DNA from: an uncultured Caldilineaceae bacterium
GTDB lineage: Bacteria > Chloroflexota > Anaerolineae > 4572-78 > J111
DNA: 64,000 bases
Direction of reading: 5' to 3'
Assembly: GCA_964443075.1 (NCBI GenBank)
Contig: CAYUCB010000001.1
Span: forward strand, 23,778-87,777
Shown here: piece by piece, positions 48,857 through 58,462 of the stretch
How positions within the stretch are numbered: the first letter of the stretch is position 1
How the letters are laid out: every line of letters starts with the position of its first letter
The notes under the pieces: generated by a model
Told to the model about the DNA's origin: nothing
Seen by the model: the letters and a program-made list of their open reading frames with translations, nothing else
The model's database searches: none
Translations under genes and position numbers: made by a program

Positions 48857-50617
48857 ATGACCGATATTGTTGAAAAATTACAGGCAACCTTTCCGGCGGG
48901 TATAACCGGGCGCACTGAATTTCAAGGGGACCTGACTTTGCATGTCGCCCCCGAAAATTGGTCCGAGGTGGCCCTTTTTTTACGTGATGACCCGGACATG
49001 CAGTATGACCTGCTGGTTGACGTGTACGGCACCGACCGGCTCAAGTTGGGCCAGTCGCCCCGTTTTGCCGCTAACTACGAATTATATTCTATCCTCCACA
49101 ACAAATTTTTACGGATTATCGTTGCCGCCCCCGACCCGGCGATCACCGGCAATGGCGCAGATGCCTTACCGACCCTCTCTACGGTGACGAATGTTTGGCC
49201 TACAGCCGATTGGCTGGAGCGCGAAACCTACGACCTGATGGGTCTTAATTTTAAGGGCCACCCCTGGATGCACCGGATTATGATGCCCGATAATTGGGTG
49301 GGCCACCCCCTGCGCAAAGATTATGCTCTGGGCGGTGAGCCGGTCTATTTTAGCCATGACCGCCATAACCCCCGTTTTGCTCACCTGGGCAAAGAAATTA
49401 TGGTGGGGCCATCTTACATGACCGACCTGCCCGAAGACATGGACAGCGACGAGCATATGGTCATCAACCTGGGGCCGCATCACCCGGCCACGCACGGAGT
49501 ACTGCGTCTGGCGGTTGAACTGGATGGCGAGGTGGTGCTAAAAGTTAGCCCGGAACTGGGCTACCTGCACTCCGGCTTTGAGAAAACCGGCGAAAATAAA
49601 CGCTACGAAAAATTCATCCCCTACTGCGACCGGATGGATTACGCCGCGCCGATGAACAACAACCTGGCCTACGTGTTGACGGTTGAGCGCTTGCTGGAGG
49701 TGGAAATTCCTGAGTACGCTCAATACGTGCGGGTTATCTGCGCCGAGTTGCAACGTATCGGCAGCCACATGATTTGGCTGGGGACTCACGCCATGGATGT
49801 CAGCGGTACCGGCCACGCCCTGGTCATGTACTGCTTTAACATGCGCGAGCGCATCCTTGATCTGTTTGAAATGGTCTGCGGCGCGCGGATGACCACCAGC
49901 TACTTTAGCGTGGGCGGCTTGCGTTGGCCGCTGCCCGGCGCATTTATCGAGTCTACCCGCGCTTTTTTAAAGGAATTTACCTGGAACCTTAAAGAGTTTG
50001 AGACCATGCTGACTCGCAACCCCATCTGGTTGAGCCGAACCAAGGGCGTGGGTTTTCTGCGAGATAAAGAGGCCATTGGCCTGGGCATCACCGGGCCGCT
50101 GCTGCGGGCCGCCGGCGTGCCGCTCGATTTGCGCAAAGTGCGCCCTTATTCCGGTTACGATCAGTTTGATTTTGACATTCCCACCTCTACCAACGCCGAT
50201 TGCTACGCTCGCTACGAGGTGCGGATTCTGGAGTTGGGCCAGAGCATGCGGATCATTGAACAGGCCCTCAACAAACTCAAACCCGGCCCCTACCGCACCG
50301 AAGACCGCAAAGTGGCCTTGCCCCCCCGCGAAGAAATTACCACCAGTATGGAATCGCTCATTCACCACTTTAAACTGGTCACCGAAGGCTATCGCCCGCC
50401 GGTGGGGCAGATTTACAATGTGGCTGAAAACCCCAAAGGCTGGTTGGGCTTTGGCCTTATCAGTGATGGCACGTCCGTGCCGCACCGCTTGCGGGTGCGC
50501 GGCCCCTCGTTTGTTAACCTCCAAGCCACCGACCCGATGGCCCGCCATGGCTACATGTCGGACTTGATTACCATTATCGGCTCTATTGATATTGTACTGG
50601 GTGAGGTAGACAGGTAA
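48857..50617 (+). CDS. nuoCD: NADH-quinone oxidoreductase fused subunits C/D
   Basis: N-terminal 30-kDa NuoC-like plus 49-kDa NuoD 'NLGPHHPATHGVLRL'. Confidence 0.9.
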   Translation: MTDIVEKLQATFPAGITGRTEFQGDLTLHVAPENWSEVALFLRDDPDMQYDLLVDVYGTDRLKLGQSPRFAANYELYSILHNKFLRIIVAAPDPAITGNGADALPTLSTVTNVWPTADWLERETYDLMGLNFKGHPWMHRIMMPDNWVGHPLRKDYALGGEPVYFSHDRHNPRFAHLGKEIMVGPSYMTDLPEDMDSDEHMVINLGPHHPATHGVLRLAVELDGEVVLKVSPELGYLHSGFEKTGENKRYEKFIPYCDRMDYAAPMNNNLAYVLTVERLLEVEIPEYAQYVRVICAELQRIGSHMIWLGTHAMDVSGTGHALVMYCFNMRERILDLFEMVCGARMTTSYFSVGGLRWPLPGAFIESTRAFLKEFTWNLKEFETMLTRNPIWLSRTKGVGFLRDKEAIGLGITGPLLRAAGVPLDLRKVRPYSGYDQFDFDIPTSTNADCYARYEVRILELGQSMRIIEQALNKLKPGPYRTEDRKVALPPREEITTSMESLIHHFKLVTEGYRPPVGQIYNVAENPKGWLGFGLISDGTSVPHRLRVRGPSFVNLQATDPMARHGYMSDLITIIGSIDIVLGEVDR

Positions 50618-51105
50618 TGTGGTCTGATAAAGAACAACAAGCCCTTGACGAAATTTTGAAAAAGTACCCGCCCGAGCGCAAAATGTCGGCGGTTTTGCCG
50701 GCGTTATATCTGGCCCAGCAGGAGAAAAACTGGTTGGATGAGGCTGACATCGCCGCCGTGGCTGAGGCGCTGGATATATCTGTCACCCACGTTCATTCCA
50801 TCATCGGTTTTTATACCCTCTTTCGCAAAGAGCCGGTGGGCAAATATATGCTGCAAGTTTGCACCGATTTGCCTTGCGCCCTGCGCGGCGCGGAAGCCTT
50901 TTTCAAGCGGCTGTGCCAGCGCATGGAACTCGGCCCCGAAGGCGGTACCACCGCCGATGGCCTTTTTACCGTCGAGCCGGTGGTTTGCCTGGCCGCCTGC
51001 GATAAAGCGCCATGTATGCAGCTTAACCTGGATTATTACGAGAACCTGACCGACGCGGAAATTGACGCGATCATCGCCCGGCTGCGGGCAGCGGAGACAA
51101 AGTAG
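50617..51105 (+). CDS. nuoE: NADH-quinone oxidoreductase subunit E
   Basis: 'CTDLPCALRGA ... CLAACDKAPCMQLN' 2Fe-2S motifs. Confidence 0.9.
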   Translation: MWSDKEQQALDEILKKYPPERKMSAVLPALYLAQQEKNWLDEADIAAVAEALDISVTHVHSIIGFYTLFRKEPVGKYMLQVCTDLPCALRGAEAFFKRLCQRMELGPEGGTTADGLFTVEPVVCLAACDKAPCMQLNLDYYENLTDAEIDAIIARLRAAETK

Positions 51106-51117
51106 GCTGAGAAGTAA

Positions 51118-51399
51118 TTGGGGGTCATGATGTCATTAAAAACCACATCGGCCTATATTACCACCATTAATCCTGACCATACGGTGGTACTGCCGCCAGA
51201 AATGCCGGTAGGGGCAACCATTGCCGTAATTGTTATGCCTGAAACAGTTGTTGGGGCTGACGACATGGCTCGCCACACTCGTTTTGAGGCTACCTTATCA
51301 GCTATTCGGGCTGCTTCTGCCGCTCAACCAATAGTTATTTCTGATGAGAAATTGGATATCTTGATTGAGCAAGCGCGGAAGGCTTCTAATTTTCTGTGA
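51118..51399 (+). CDS. Antitoxin-like small protein inside the nuo operon
   Basis: Small ORF overlapping a truncated PIN-like ORF. Confidence 0.35.
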   Translation: MGVMMSLKTTSAYITTINPDHTVVLPPEMPVGATIAVIVMPETVVGADDMARHTRFEATLSAIRAASAAQPIVISDEKLDILIEQARKASNFL

Positions 51400-51559
51400 C
51401 CCTTATGATGATAAAGTGATTGCTACCGCTATCTTTGGGATGGCTGATTATTTAGTAACGGAAGATAACGACTTGAGAACCCCTGCTATCCTCAATGCGC
51501 TTTTTCAATCTGGCATTGAGGTTATTTCGATGACTGAGTTAATCAAGCTGCTTGATTAA
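51365..51559 (+). pseudogene. Truncated PIN-domain (VapC-like) toxin remnant
   Basis: 'DDKVIATAIFGMADYLVTEDNDL' matches only the C-terminal half of PIN domains (D..IAA.A...A.LVT.D.D). Only 64 aa. Confidence 0.45.
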
Positions 51560-51644
51560 TAAGGATACCGAAAAAGCAGGTTATCGTTATGAAGATTTAC
51601 GATGAATGATATTATACTTGTAAAGTAATTCTTGGAGGTGTTGG

Positions 51645-51899
51645 ATGGTTGCGCCTTTTGAAATGACCAAAGCCTACGAGGAAGTGATTGATTTTATCGC
51701 CGCCGGAACGGATCCTGGTAGTATTATTGCCTTTCAACCCTCAGTTGCGGTTAAAGAGCGTATCGCTGATTTAATTTACCGTGAGAAAGCGGTAGGGCTT
51801 TCAGCCGAAGAAAAGGCTGAATTAGACAATTACATGCAACTTGAGCATTTAATGCGGTTAGCCAAAGCTCGCGCCCGTCAATACCTTGTCAATGAGTAG
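51645..51899 (+). CDS. Hypothetical small protein preceding the HNH endonuclease
   Basis: Overlaps the HNH gene start by 14 nt. Confidence 0.4.
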   Translation: MVAPFEMTKAYEEVIDFIAAGTDPGSIIAFQPSVAVKERIADLIYREKAVGLSAEEKAELDNYMQLEHLMRLAKARARQYLVNE

Positions 51900-52332
51900 T
51901 CATGTTAGTGCGGCTTTGCGCCAGTTAGTGTTTGTTCGGGCTGATTATTTGTGTGAATACTGTTTGATTCATGAAGATGACACCTTTTTTGGTTGTCAGG
52001 TTGACCATATCATTAGCGTAAAACATGGGGGTGCTACCGAAGCGAATAATTTGGCTTACGCTTGCGGTTTTTGCAATCGTCAAAAAGGCAGTGATATTGG
52101 TTCTATCTCTCGCCAAAGCGGACAAATCATCCGGTTTTTTAATCCGCGAACAGATAATTGGTCTGACCATTTTGAACTTGAGGGTGCTGTTATTAAATCT
52201 TTAACCGAAATTGGTGAGGTTACGGCTCGAATTTTGGGGTTTAATGATAGTGATCGCCTTTTAGAACGGCGAATCTTGATGGCTGTGGGGCGGTATCCCA
52301 CTATTGATGCATTGGCTCGTATGAGAGGATAG
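51886..52332 (+). CDS. HNH endonuclease
   Basis: 'CEYCLIHEDDTFFGCQVDHIISVKHGGATEANNLAYACGFCNRQKGS' zinc-HNH motif. Confidence 0.8.
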   Translation: MSMSSHVSAALRQLVFVRADYLCEYCLIHEDDTFFGCQVDHIISVKHGGATEANNLAYACGFCNRQKGSDIGSISRQSGQIIRFFNPRTDNWSDHFELEGAVIKSLTEIGEVTARILGFNDSDRLLERRILMAVGRYPTIDALARMRG

Positions 52333-52333
52333 T

Positions 52334-53605
52334 ATGGCCAACAAATTCCTAGAAAAACACGTCCTATTTCGACACCGCGACGTAGAAAATATCCGCGATA
52401 TTGACGTTTACCTGGCTAACGATGGCTACAAAGCGCTGGAACGCGCCCTGAAAGAGTCAACCCCCGAGGGGGTGATGAATGAAGTAAAAGCCTCTGGTCT
52501 TCGCGGGCGTGGTGGAGCCGGTTTTCCGGCGGGCGTCAAGTGGAGTTTCATCCCCAAAAATATCTCGCCCAAATACATTGTGGTTAACGGCGATGAAAGC
52601 GAACCCGGCACCTTTAAAGACCGGGAGATTATGGAGAGCAACCCCCACCAATTCATCGAGGGGGTGATTTTGTGCGCTTACGCCGTCGGCGCGGAAACGG
52701 CTTACATTTACGGGCGCGGCGAATTTAAACCCGTTTTTAACGGCTCTCAAGGGCTGCAACAGGCGGTTGACGCGGCTTACGCCAAAGGATTTTTGGGTAA
52801 AAACATCCTCGGCAGCGATTTTTCAATGGATATTTACCTGCACCTCGGTGCGGGAGCCTACATTTGCGGCGAAGAAACCGCTCTGCTCAACAGCCTGGAA
52901 GGGCTGATGGGCCAGCCGCGCAGCCGCCCTCCTTTTCCGGCGGTAGAAGGGTTGTACGCCAAGCCGACCGTCATCAACAACGTCGAAACGCTGACCAATG
53001 TACCGCCGATTGTGCTCAATGGGGCGCAGTGGTATCGCCAATTTGGCACCGAAAAAAGCCCCGGCACCAAAATCTTCAGCCTCAGTGGGCGGGTCAACCG
53101 GCCCGGCAATTATGAGCTGCCTCTGGGCCTGCCCATCCGCTATCTGATTGAGGAATGTGGCGGCGGTATTATTGAGGGCAAACAGGTCAAAGGGATTTTA
53201 CCGGCAGGGGCCTCATCGGCCATTATTGGGCCGGATAAGCTGGATACGCCGATGGATTACGAAGCGATGGCCGCCGCCGGAACGATGCTCGGTTCGGCCT
53301 CCTTCATTATTCTCGATGAAACCATTGACGCGGTTTGGGCCGCCGAGAAAAACGTGAAATTCTTTAAGCACGAAAGCTGCGGCAAATGCAGTCCCTGCCG
53401 CGAAGGGACTCACTGGTTAGCCGGTGTTTACGCCAAACTGCGTGAGGGTCGCGGCTCTCAAGAGGATGTGCAAATGCTGACCACCATCATCGAACAGATG
53501 GAAGGCAACTGCTTCTGCCTGCTGGGCGAGTTTGTGGTTCCCGGTGTGCGCACCAGTTTGAAGTTATTTGCTAATGAGTATGAGGCGCTGGCGGTGGATA
53601 AGTAG
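52334..53605 (+). CDS. nuoF: NADH-quinone oxidoreductase subunit F
   Basis: 'GRGGAGFPAGVKW', 'ESCGKCSPCREG'. Confidence 0.9.
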   Translation: MANKFLEKHVLFRHRDVENIRDIDVYLANDGYKALERALKESTPEGVMNEVKASGLRGRGGAGFPAGVKWSFIPKNISPKYIVVNGDESEPGTFKDREIMESNPHQFIEGVILCAYAVGAETAYIYGRGEFKPVFNGSQGLQQAVDAAYAKGFLGKNILGSDFSMDIYLHLGAGAYICGEETALLNSLEGLMGQPRSRPPFPAVEGLYAKPTVINNVETLTNVPPIVLNGAQWYRQFGTEKSPGTKIFSLSGRVNRPGNYELPLGLPIRYLIEECGGGIIEGKQVKGILPAGASSAIIGPDKLDTPMDYEAMAAAGTMLGSASFIILDETIDAVWAAEKNVKFFKHESCGKCSPCREGTHWLAGVYAKLREGRGSQEDVQMLTTIIEQMEGNCFCLLGEFVVPGVRTSLKLFANEYEALAVDK

Positions 53606-53814
53606 TTGGGTGGAATTACTGGAATTATTTTTGAATCAACTCAGAGGGTGTTTCTTAAAGGTCATTCTGAGGCCGAAGGCCGAAGAATCCCTGAAACGGC
53701 CTCTTGCAAGTGGCGGTTTTAGGGACTCTTCGCTCTCGTTGGTCGCTCTGAGTAACATGGTGAGGTTGATTTTTAACCAGGTTCGATTTAAGAAACACGC
53801 TCTCAGGAGAAACT

Positions 53815-55521
53815 ATGGCAATTTGGAAATCATATAGAGTATCCGACATCATAACCGAGATTGAGGATAAAAAATTTGTTCTTCCCGTTATTCAAAGACG
53901 CCTTGTCTGGGATGAGGAAAAAATGGAACTCCTCTTTGATACCTTACTTAAAGGTGACTCCTTTGGTGGAATAATGGTTATTGAAGAAGAGAAAAATAGT
54001 AAACCACTTTTTAGTTTTAGAACTTTCACAAAAGATGGTGATATTATAGCTTCTATACAGGTTGACCAACTAACACAACTTCAAGACTTCGTAATTGACG
54101 GACAACAAAGACTTCAATCATTTTACATTGGTCTGAAAGGTAGTATTAATGGGCAAGTACTATACTTTGACTTGTTTAGTGACTACAAGATTCAATTTGA
54201 GTTCAAATTTGAAAACGATGCTAATAAATTACCCAAACAATCAAAAGATAATAATGCTGATAGAGCAATCCCGGAACATAATTGGTATTTAGCAAGTAGC
54301 TTACTAAAAAGATTGAAGGAAACTCACGATAATGAGCAGGTTGCCAGCGAAATTATCGCAAATCAGAATATAATAGACGACATCAAGAAGACCCACATAA
54401 ATAGAAATGTTAGCGCATTCTTTAGAAATGTTATAACTTCCGAGACTCTTGGTATATCTAAGGTTGTCATAAACAAATCCTACGACGAAACTGCTAACAG
54501 GCAAAGAATAGTTGAATTATTCAGAAGATTAAATGACGGCGCGACAAAACTTTCATCGTTTGATTTGGTTGCATCTAAGCTTAAAGGATTTGCCTGGGAG
54601 ATGGAAGGCTTTTTAGAAGAAACATTAAGGAACTACGAAGAAATCGGACTTTCTCAAGATAACCTGATAAAACTTATTTTTCTCCTTCAAGGCAATCACA
54701 ATAAGGAAATGGCTTCTATTGAAGGGACTGATGCTGATTTTGCAATCAAAAATAGAGAAAGAATAAACTCTACCTTAAAAAGTCTTAAAGACTTTTTAGT
54801 TCACTCCAAACTATATGATTATTACAAAGACGGCAATCGTTCTTTCATTCCCTTGTTTTTTATAGCGCATCACATTTTTCATAAACAAATCAGTAATGAT
54901 GAAGTAAATAGATTTTTCGACAACTTTGATGCCGGTAATACAGAATTTTCAAAAATGAAAATATGGGTTTTCCATTCTTTGATTAATGGCGTTTTCCGTA
55001 GCAGAGGAGTAGGTTGGATACCTTATAAAACAGGAATAAGAAAACTTCTTGAAGAAATACGAAAATATAAAAACTTCGATTTTCCTGTTGAAAAACTATT
55101 TCAAGTCTACCGGGACCATCCAATTACTTTTACGACACAATATGGAACTTCTAATTTAGACCAACTTGACAATTCATTTTTGTTTTACTTAATGTATGAT
55201 CTCAATCGGACTATAAGAATTCAAGATACTGATCACATAATGCCAAAATCAATTTTAGAAGCAAAACATTATGATCAGTCAAAAATTAACAGTATCAAAA
55301 ACTATCAGCTCATAGACTTTGGAACTAATCGGGGGGAGAAAAATGCCAAACCTTTTAAGGATTGGATTAATAATCCGGCATACGTTTCTGACAAACAGGC
55401 ATTTGTAAAGAGACATTTAATTCCGTCCGATGAAAGAATTTGGATTGAGGATAAGTTTGAAGAATTTATAAATGCAAGAGCGCAACTTATTCTTACTCAA
55501 ATGAGAAACTCTATACAATAA
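53815..55521 (+). CDS. GmrSD-family (DUF262 + DUF1524) type IV restriction-like nuclease
   Basis: N-terminal 'VIDGQQRLQS' (DUF262 DGQQR), C-terminal 'DTDHIMPKS' (DUF1524 His-Me finger). Strongly AT-rich relative to the flanking nuo genes. Confidence 0.75.
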   Translation: MAIWKSYRVSDIITEIEDKKFVLPVIQRRLVWDEEKMELLFDTLLKGDSFGGIMVIEEEKNSKPLFSFRTFTKDGDIIASIQVDQLTQLQDFVIDGQQRLQSFYIGLKGSINGQVLYFDLFSDYKIQFEFKFENDANKLPKQSKDNNADRAIPEHNWYLASSLLKRLKETHDNEQVASEIIANQNIIDDIKKTHINRNVSAFFRNVITSETLGISKVVINKSYDETANRQRIVELFRRLNDGATKLSSFDLVASKLKGFAWEMEGFLEETLRNYEEIGLSQDNLIKLIFLLQGNHNKEMASIEGTDADFAIKNRERINSTLKSLKDFLVHSKLYDYYKDGNRSFIPLFFIAHHIFHKQISNDEVNRFFDNFDAGNTEFSKMKIWVFHSLINGVFRSRGVGWIPYKTGIRKLLEEIRKYKNFDFPVEKLFQVYRDHPITFTTQYGTSNLDQLDNSFLFYLMYDLNRTIRIQDTDHIMPKSILEAKHYDQSKINSIKNYQLIDFGTNRGEKNAKPFKDWINNPAYVSDKQAFVKRHLIPSDERIWIEDKFEEFINARAQLILTQMRNSIQ

Positions 55522-55557
55522 AGAGGTCGTCAGATTGTAAAAACGTAAGGCTATAGA

Positions 55558-55760
55558 GATGATAGGGGATGCGGTAAAACTGGCTAAAATAGAGTCTCTT
55601 GAATTAACGGTTGAAGAATTGGCCCAGATATTGCTGACACTTGACTAGGACGAACTGGATACTTTAGAGATTCTTTTAAACCCGCAAGCGTGTCTCACGA
55701 TTGAACAATCTCTGCAAGACATTGAGGAAGGTCATGCCCTTCCGTTTGAAAAATGGTAAC
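55558..55760 (+). pseudogene. Possible frameshifted YefM/Phd-like antitoxin remnant
   Basis: Two short frames: MIGDAVKLAKIESLELTVEELAQILLTLD and ...LDTLEILLNPQACLTIEQSLQDIEEGHALPFEKW. The latter resembles the YefM C-terminus. Confidence 0.3.
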
Positions 55761-55797
55761 GATGGATGAGTTATCAAATTGATTGGAAAGGTTCCCA

Positions 55798-58458
55798 ATG
55801 CCAGATAGCACTGTTACTGTAACCATAGATGGCATTCAAGTCGCCGTTCCCAAAGGAACGTTAATTGTCGAAGCGGCCAAACGGGTAGGCCTTGAAATCC
55901 CGGTTTTTTGTTACCACGCCAAGCTTGACCCCGTGGGGATGTGCCGCATGTGCCTGGTAGAAGTGGGCACGCCGGTGATGGACCCGGCGACCAAACAGCC
56001 TACTTTAGACCAAGATGGCAAACCGGTTATCCGCTTTATGCCTAAACCCACCACCGCCTGCACCACCCCGGTGACCGATGGCATGGCCGTTAAGGTCAAT
56101 TCCGAGGCGTCGCTGGCCGACCGCAAGGCGGTACTGGAATTTTTGCTCACCAGCCACCCCCTGGATTGCCCCATTTGCGATAAAGGCGGCGAATGTCCCC
56201 TGCAAGACCTGACCATTCGCCACGGGCCGGGTAACAGCCGCTTTGATTACGAGGACAAGCAGCATTTCCCCAAAAAATATCCGCTGGGCGACCTGATTGT
56301 GCTGGATATGGAGCGCTGTATCATCTGCACTCGCTGCACCCGCTTTCAATCAGAAGTGGCCCACGACCCGGTGCTGGCGGTAGAAGAACGGGGCCGACAC
56401 GCCCATATCGTCAGTTATTCTAACCCGCCCTTTGATAGCCACTATTCCGGCAACACCACCGATGTCTGCCCAGTGGGGGCTTTAACCACCCGCGATTTTC
56501 GCTTTGGGGCGCGAGCCTGGGAACTGACCAATATCCCCAGTATTTGCAACCATTGCAGCGTGGGCTGTAACACCGTTTTGAGCACGCGGGCCGGCCAGAT
56601 TAAACGGGTCATGCCCCGCCAGAACGAAATCGTCAATGAAATTTGGCTGTGCGACAAAGGCCGCTTTGGGCATCACTTTAACGGCAGCCCTAATCGTTTA
56701 ACCACCCCCCTGGTGCGTCAGGGCGACCAGTTGGTTGAAGCGACTTGGGGCGATGCCCTCAGCCTGGTAGCCCGCAAATTTGGCGAAATCAAAACCGCGC
56801 ACGGGCCTAACGCTTTGGGCGGTCTGGCCGGAGCGCGCCTATCGAATGAAGACCTCTACCTCTTTCAAAAATTCTTCCGCCAGGTGATTGGCACTCACAA
56901 TATAGACCATCGTATCGGCCTGAGTGCGGCCCTGGAAGATGAAACCGCCTACACCGTAGGGGTCGGCGTGGGCACCGACCTGGGGCGCGTAGGCAAAGGT
57001 TCTACCATTCTGGTTGTCGGTTGTGATCTGGATCAGGAAGCCCCTATTCTTTACCTGCGGGTGGCCGGAGCGGCGGTTAAGCGAGGCGCGCATGTAATTA
57101 ATGCCGGCGGGCGGCGCACCAAGCTCGATGCCCAGGCCAAAACCAGCCTGCACTACCGTTATGGGACGGCGACGCACCTGGCTCTGGGGCTGTTAGCTTC
57201 GGTGGTGCAGCAGGGCTTGGTGGCTCAAGCTTGGGTTGACAGCCATACCACCGGTTTGGCCGATTTAGCGGAGTCATTAAAGAATTACACCCCTGAGCAG
57301 GTGGCGGCAGTAACGGGTATCGCTGCCTCTGAAATTGAGGCCGCCGCCAAAGCCTTTGCCGAGGCTCAGAACGGTATCATCCTCTTTGGCATGGAAGCGG
57401 GCAACGACCCGGCCCTGCGAGCGGCTTTAGAAAATTTGGCTCTGATTACCGGCCATGCCGGTAAACCTGATAGCGGCCTCATCGCCGTACTGCCTCACGT
57501 CAACAGCCGGGGCGCGGCGGATATGGGCCTGGTGCCTCACCGTCTGCCCGGTTATGTGCCGGTTGAAGCGGGTCAAGAAGGGCTGTCAGCGGTAGAAATG
57601 TTGACTGGCAAGGTCAAGGCGATGCTGATTGCCGGGGCCGACCCCGCCGCCGAAAGCGCTGCTTACAAAGCGTCTCTGGAGCAGTTAGACTTTTTGGTGG
57701 TGCAAGAGTTGTTCCTCACCGAAACGGCTCAACTGGCCGATGTGGTGCTGCCCGCGCAGGGCGTGGCCGAGCGTGACGGCTCTTTCACCAACGCCGAGCG
57801 CCGGGTGCAGGCGTTTGACTCCGGCGTTCCCGCTCCGGGCAAGGCCTGGGCCGACTGGTTGATTGTGTCGGTACTGGCGGGGCAGATGGGGACCGATTGG
57901 CCTTACGCTTCAGCCGATGGGGTGATGGCTGAAATTACCCAAACTGTGCCGCTTTACGCCGCTACAAAATTTGAAAATCTGGTCGCGCCGGTTTCGCTGA
58001 CCCGCCAAACGTCGCACTACATTTACTCCGGCATGAGTTTTACCGCTGATGTGCGCGAAGGCGTGCAGTGGCCTACGCTGGCCGAGCAAGAGTCGGCCAA
58101 AATTGCTTTGCGCTTCATCGCCCCGGCCCAACCGTCGGACGACAGCGGCTTGACTCTGGTAGCGCCACGTTTTCTTTATGATGATGGTCGTCTGCTGGCC
58201 GAGACCGAGCTGGTTCAGCCGCATCTTCACCGGCCCAAACTGCTGATTTCCCCGGCAGACGCGCAACAGTTAGGGCTTAATAACGGCGATATGGTAACAG
58301 TCTCGCAAAACGGGAGCGCCGTAACCCTGCCGGTGCAGGTCAACCGGCAATTAAGCCAGGGCGTGGCCCTCACCCCTCGCAATCTGGCCGGTCGCCCGGC
58401 GGAGCAGCTTTTGGGGCCGGGTGGTTTGTACGGAACGGTTAAAATTAAGAAGGATTAA
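55798..58458 (+). CDS. nuoG: NADH-quinone oxidoreductase subunit G
   Basis: N-terminal 2Fe-2S/4Fe-4S Cys clusters and a molybdopterin-oxidoreductase-like domain. ATG at 55798. Confidence 0.9.
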   Translation: MPDSTVTVTIDGIQVAVPKGTLIVEAAKRVGLEIPVFCYHAKLDPVGMCRMCLVEVGTPVMDPATKQPTLDQDGKPVIRFMPKPTTACTTPVTDGMAVKVNSEASLADRKAVLEFLLTSHPLDCPICDKGGECPLQDLTIRHGPGNSRFDYEDKQHFPKKYPLGDLIVLDMERCIICTRCTRFQSEVAHDPVLAVEERGRHAHIVSYSNPPFDSHYSGNTTDVCPVGALTTRDFRFGARAWELTNIPSICNHCSVGCNTVLSTRAGQIKRVMPRQNEIVNEIWLCDKGRFGHHFNGSPNRLTTPLVRQGDQLVEATWGDALSLVARKFGEIKTAHGPNALGGLAGARLSNEDLYLFQKFFRQVIGTHNIDHRIGLSAALEDETAYTVGVGVGTDLGRVGKGSTILVVGCDLDQEAPILYLRVAGAAVKRGAHVINAGGRRTKLDAQAKTSLHYRYGTATHLALGLLASVVQQGLVAQAWVDSHTTGLADLAESLKNYTPEQVAAVTGIAASEIEAAAKAFAEAQNGIILFGMEAGNDPALRAALENLALITGHAGKPDSGLIAVLPHVNSRGAADMGLVPHRLPGYVPVEAGQEGLSAVEMLTGKVKAMLIAGADPAAESAAYKASLEQLDFLVVQELFLTETAQLADVVLPAQGVAERDGSFTNAERRVQAFDSGVPAPGKAWADWLIVSVLAGQMGTDWPYASADGVMAEITQTVPLYAATKFENLVAPVSLTRQTSHYIYSGMSFTADVREGVQWPTLAEQESAKIALRFIAPAQPSDDSGLTLVAPRFLYDDGRLLAETELVQPHLHRPKLLISPADAQQLGLNNGDMVTVSQNGSAVTLPVQVNRQLSQGVALTPRNLAGRPAEQLLGPGGLYGTVKIKKD

Positions 58459-58462
58459 GGCA

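Noticed and set aside
49967-50548. 193-aa minus-strand ORF
   Set aside because: Antisense within nuoCD.
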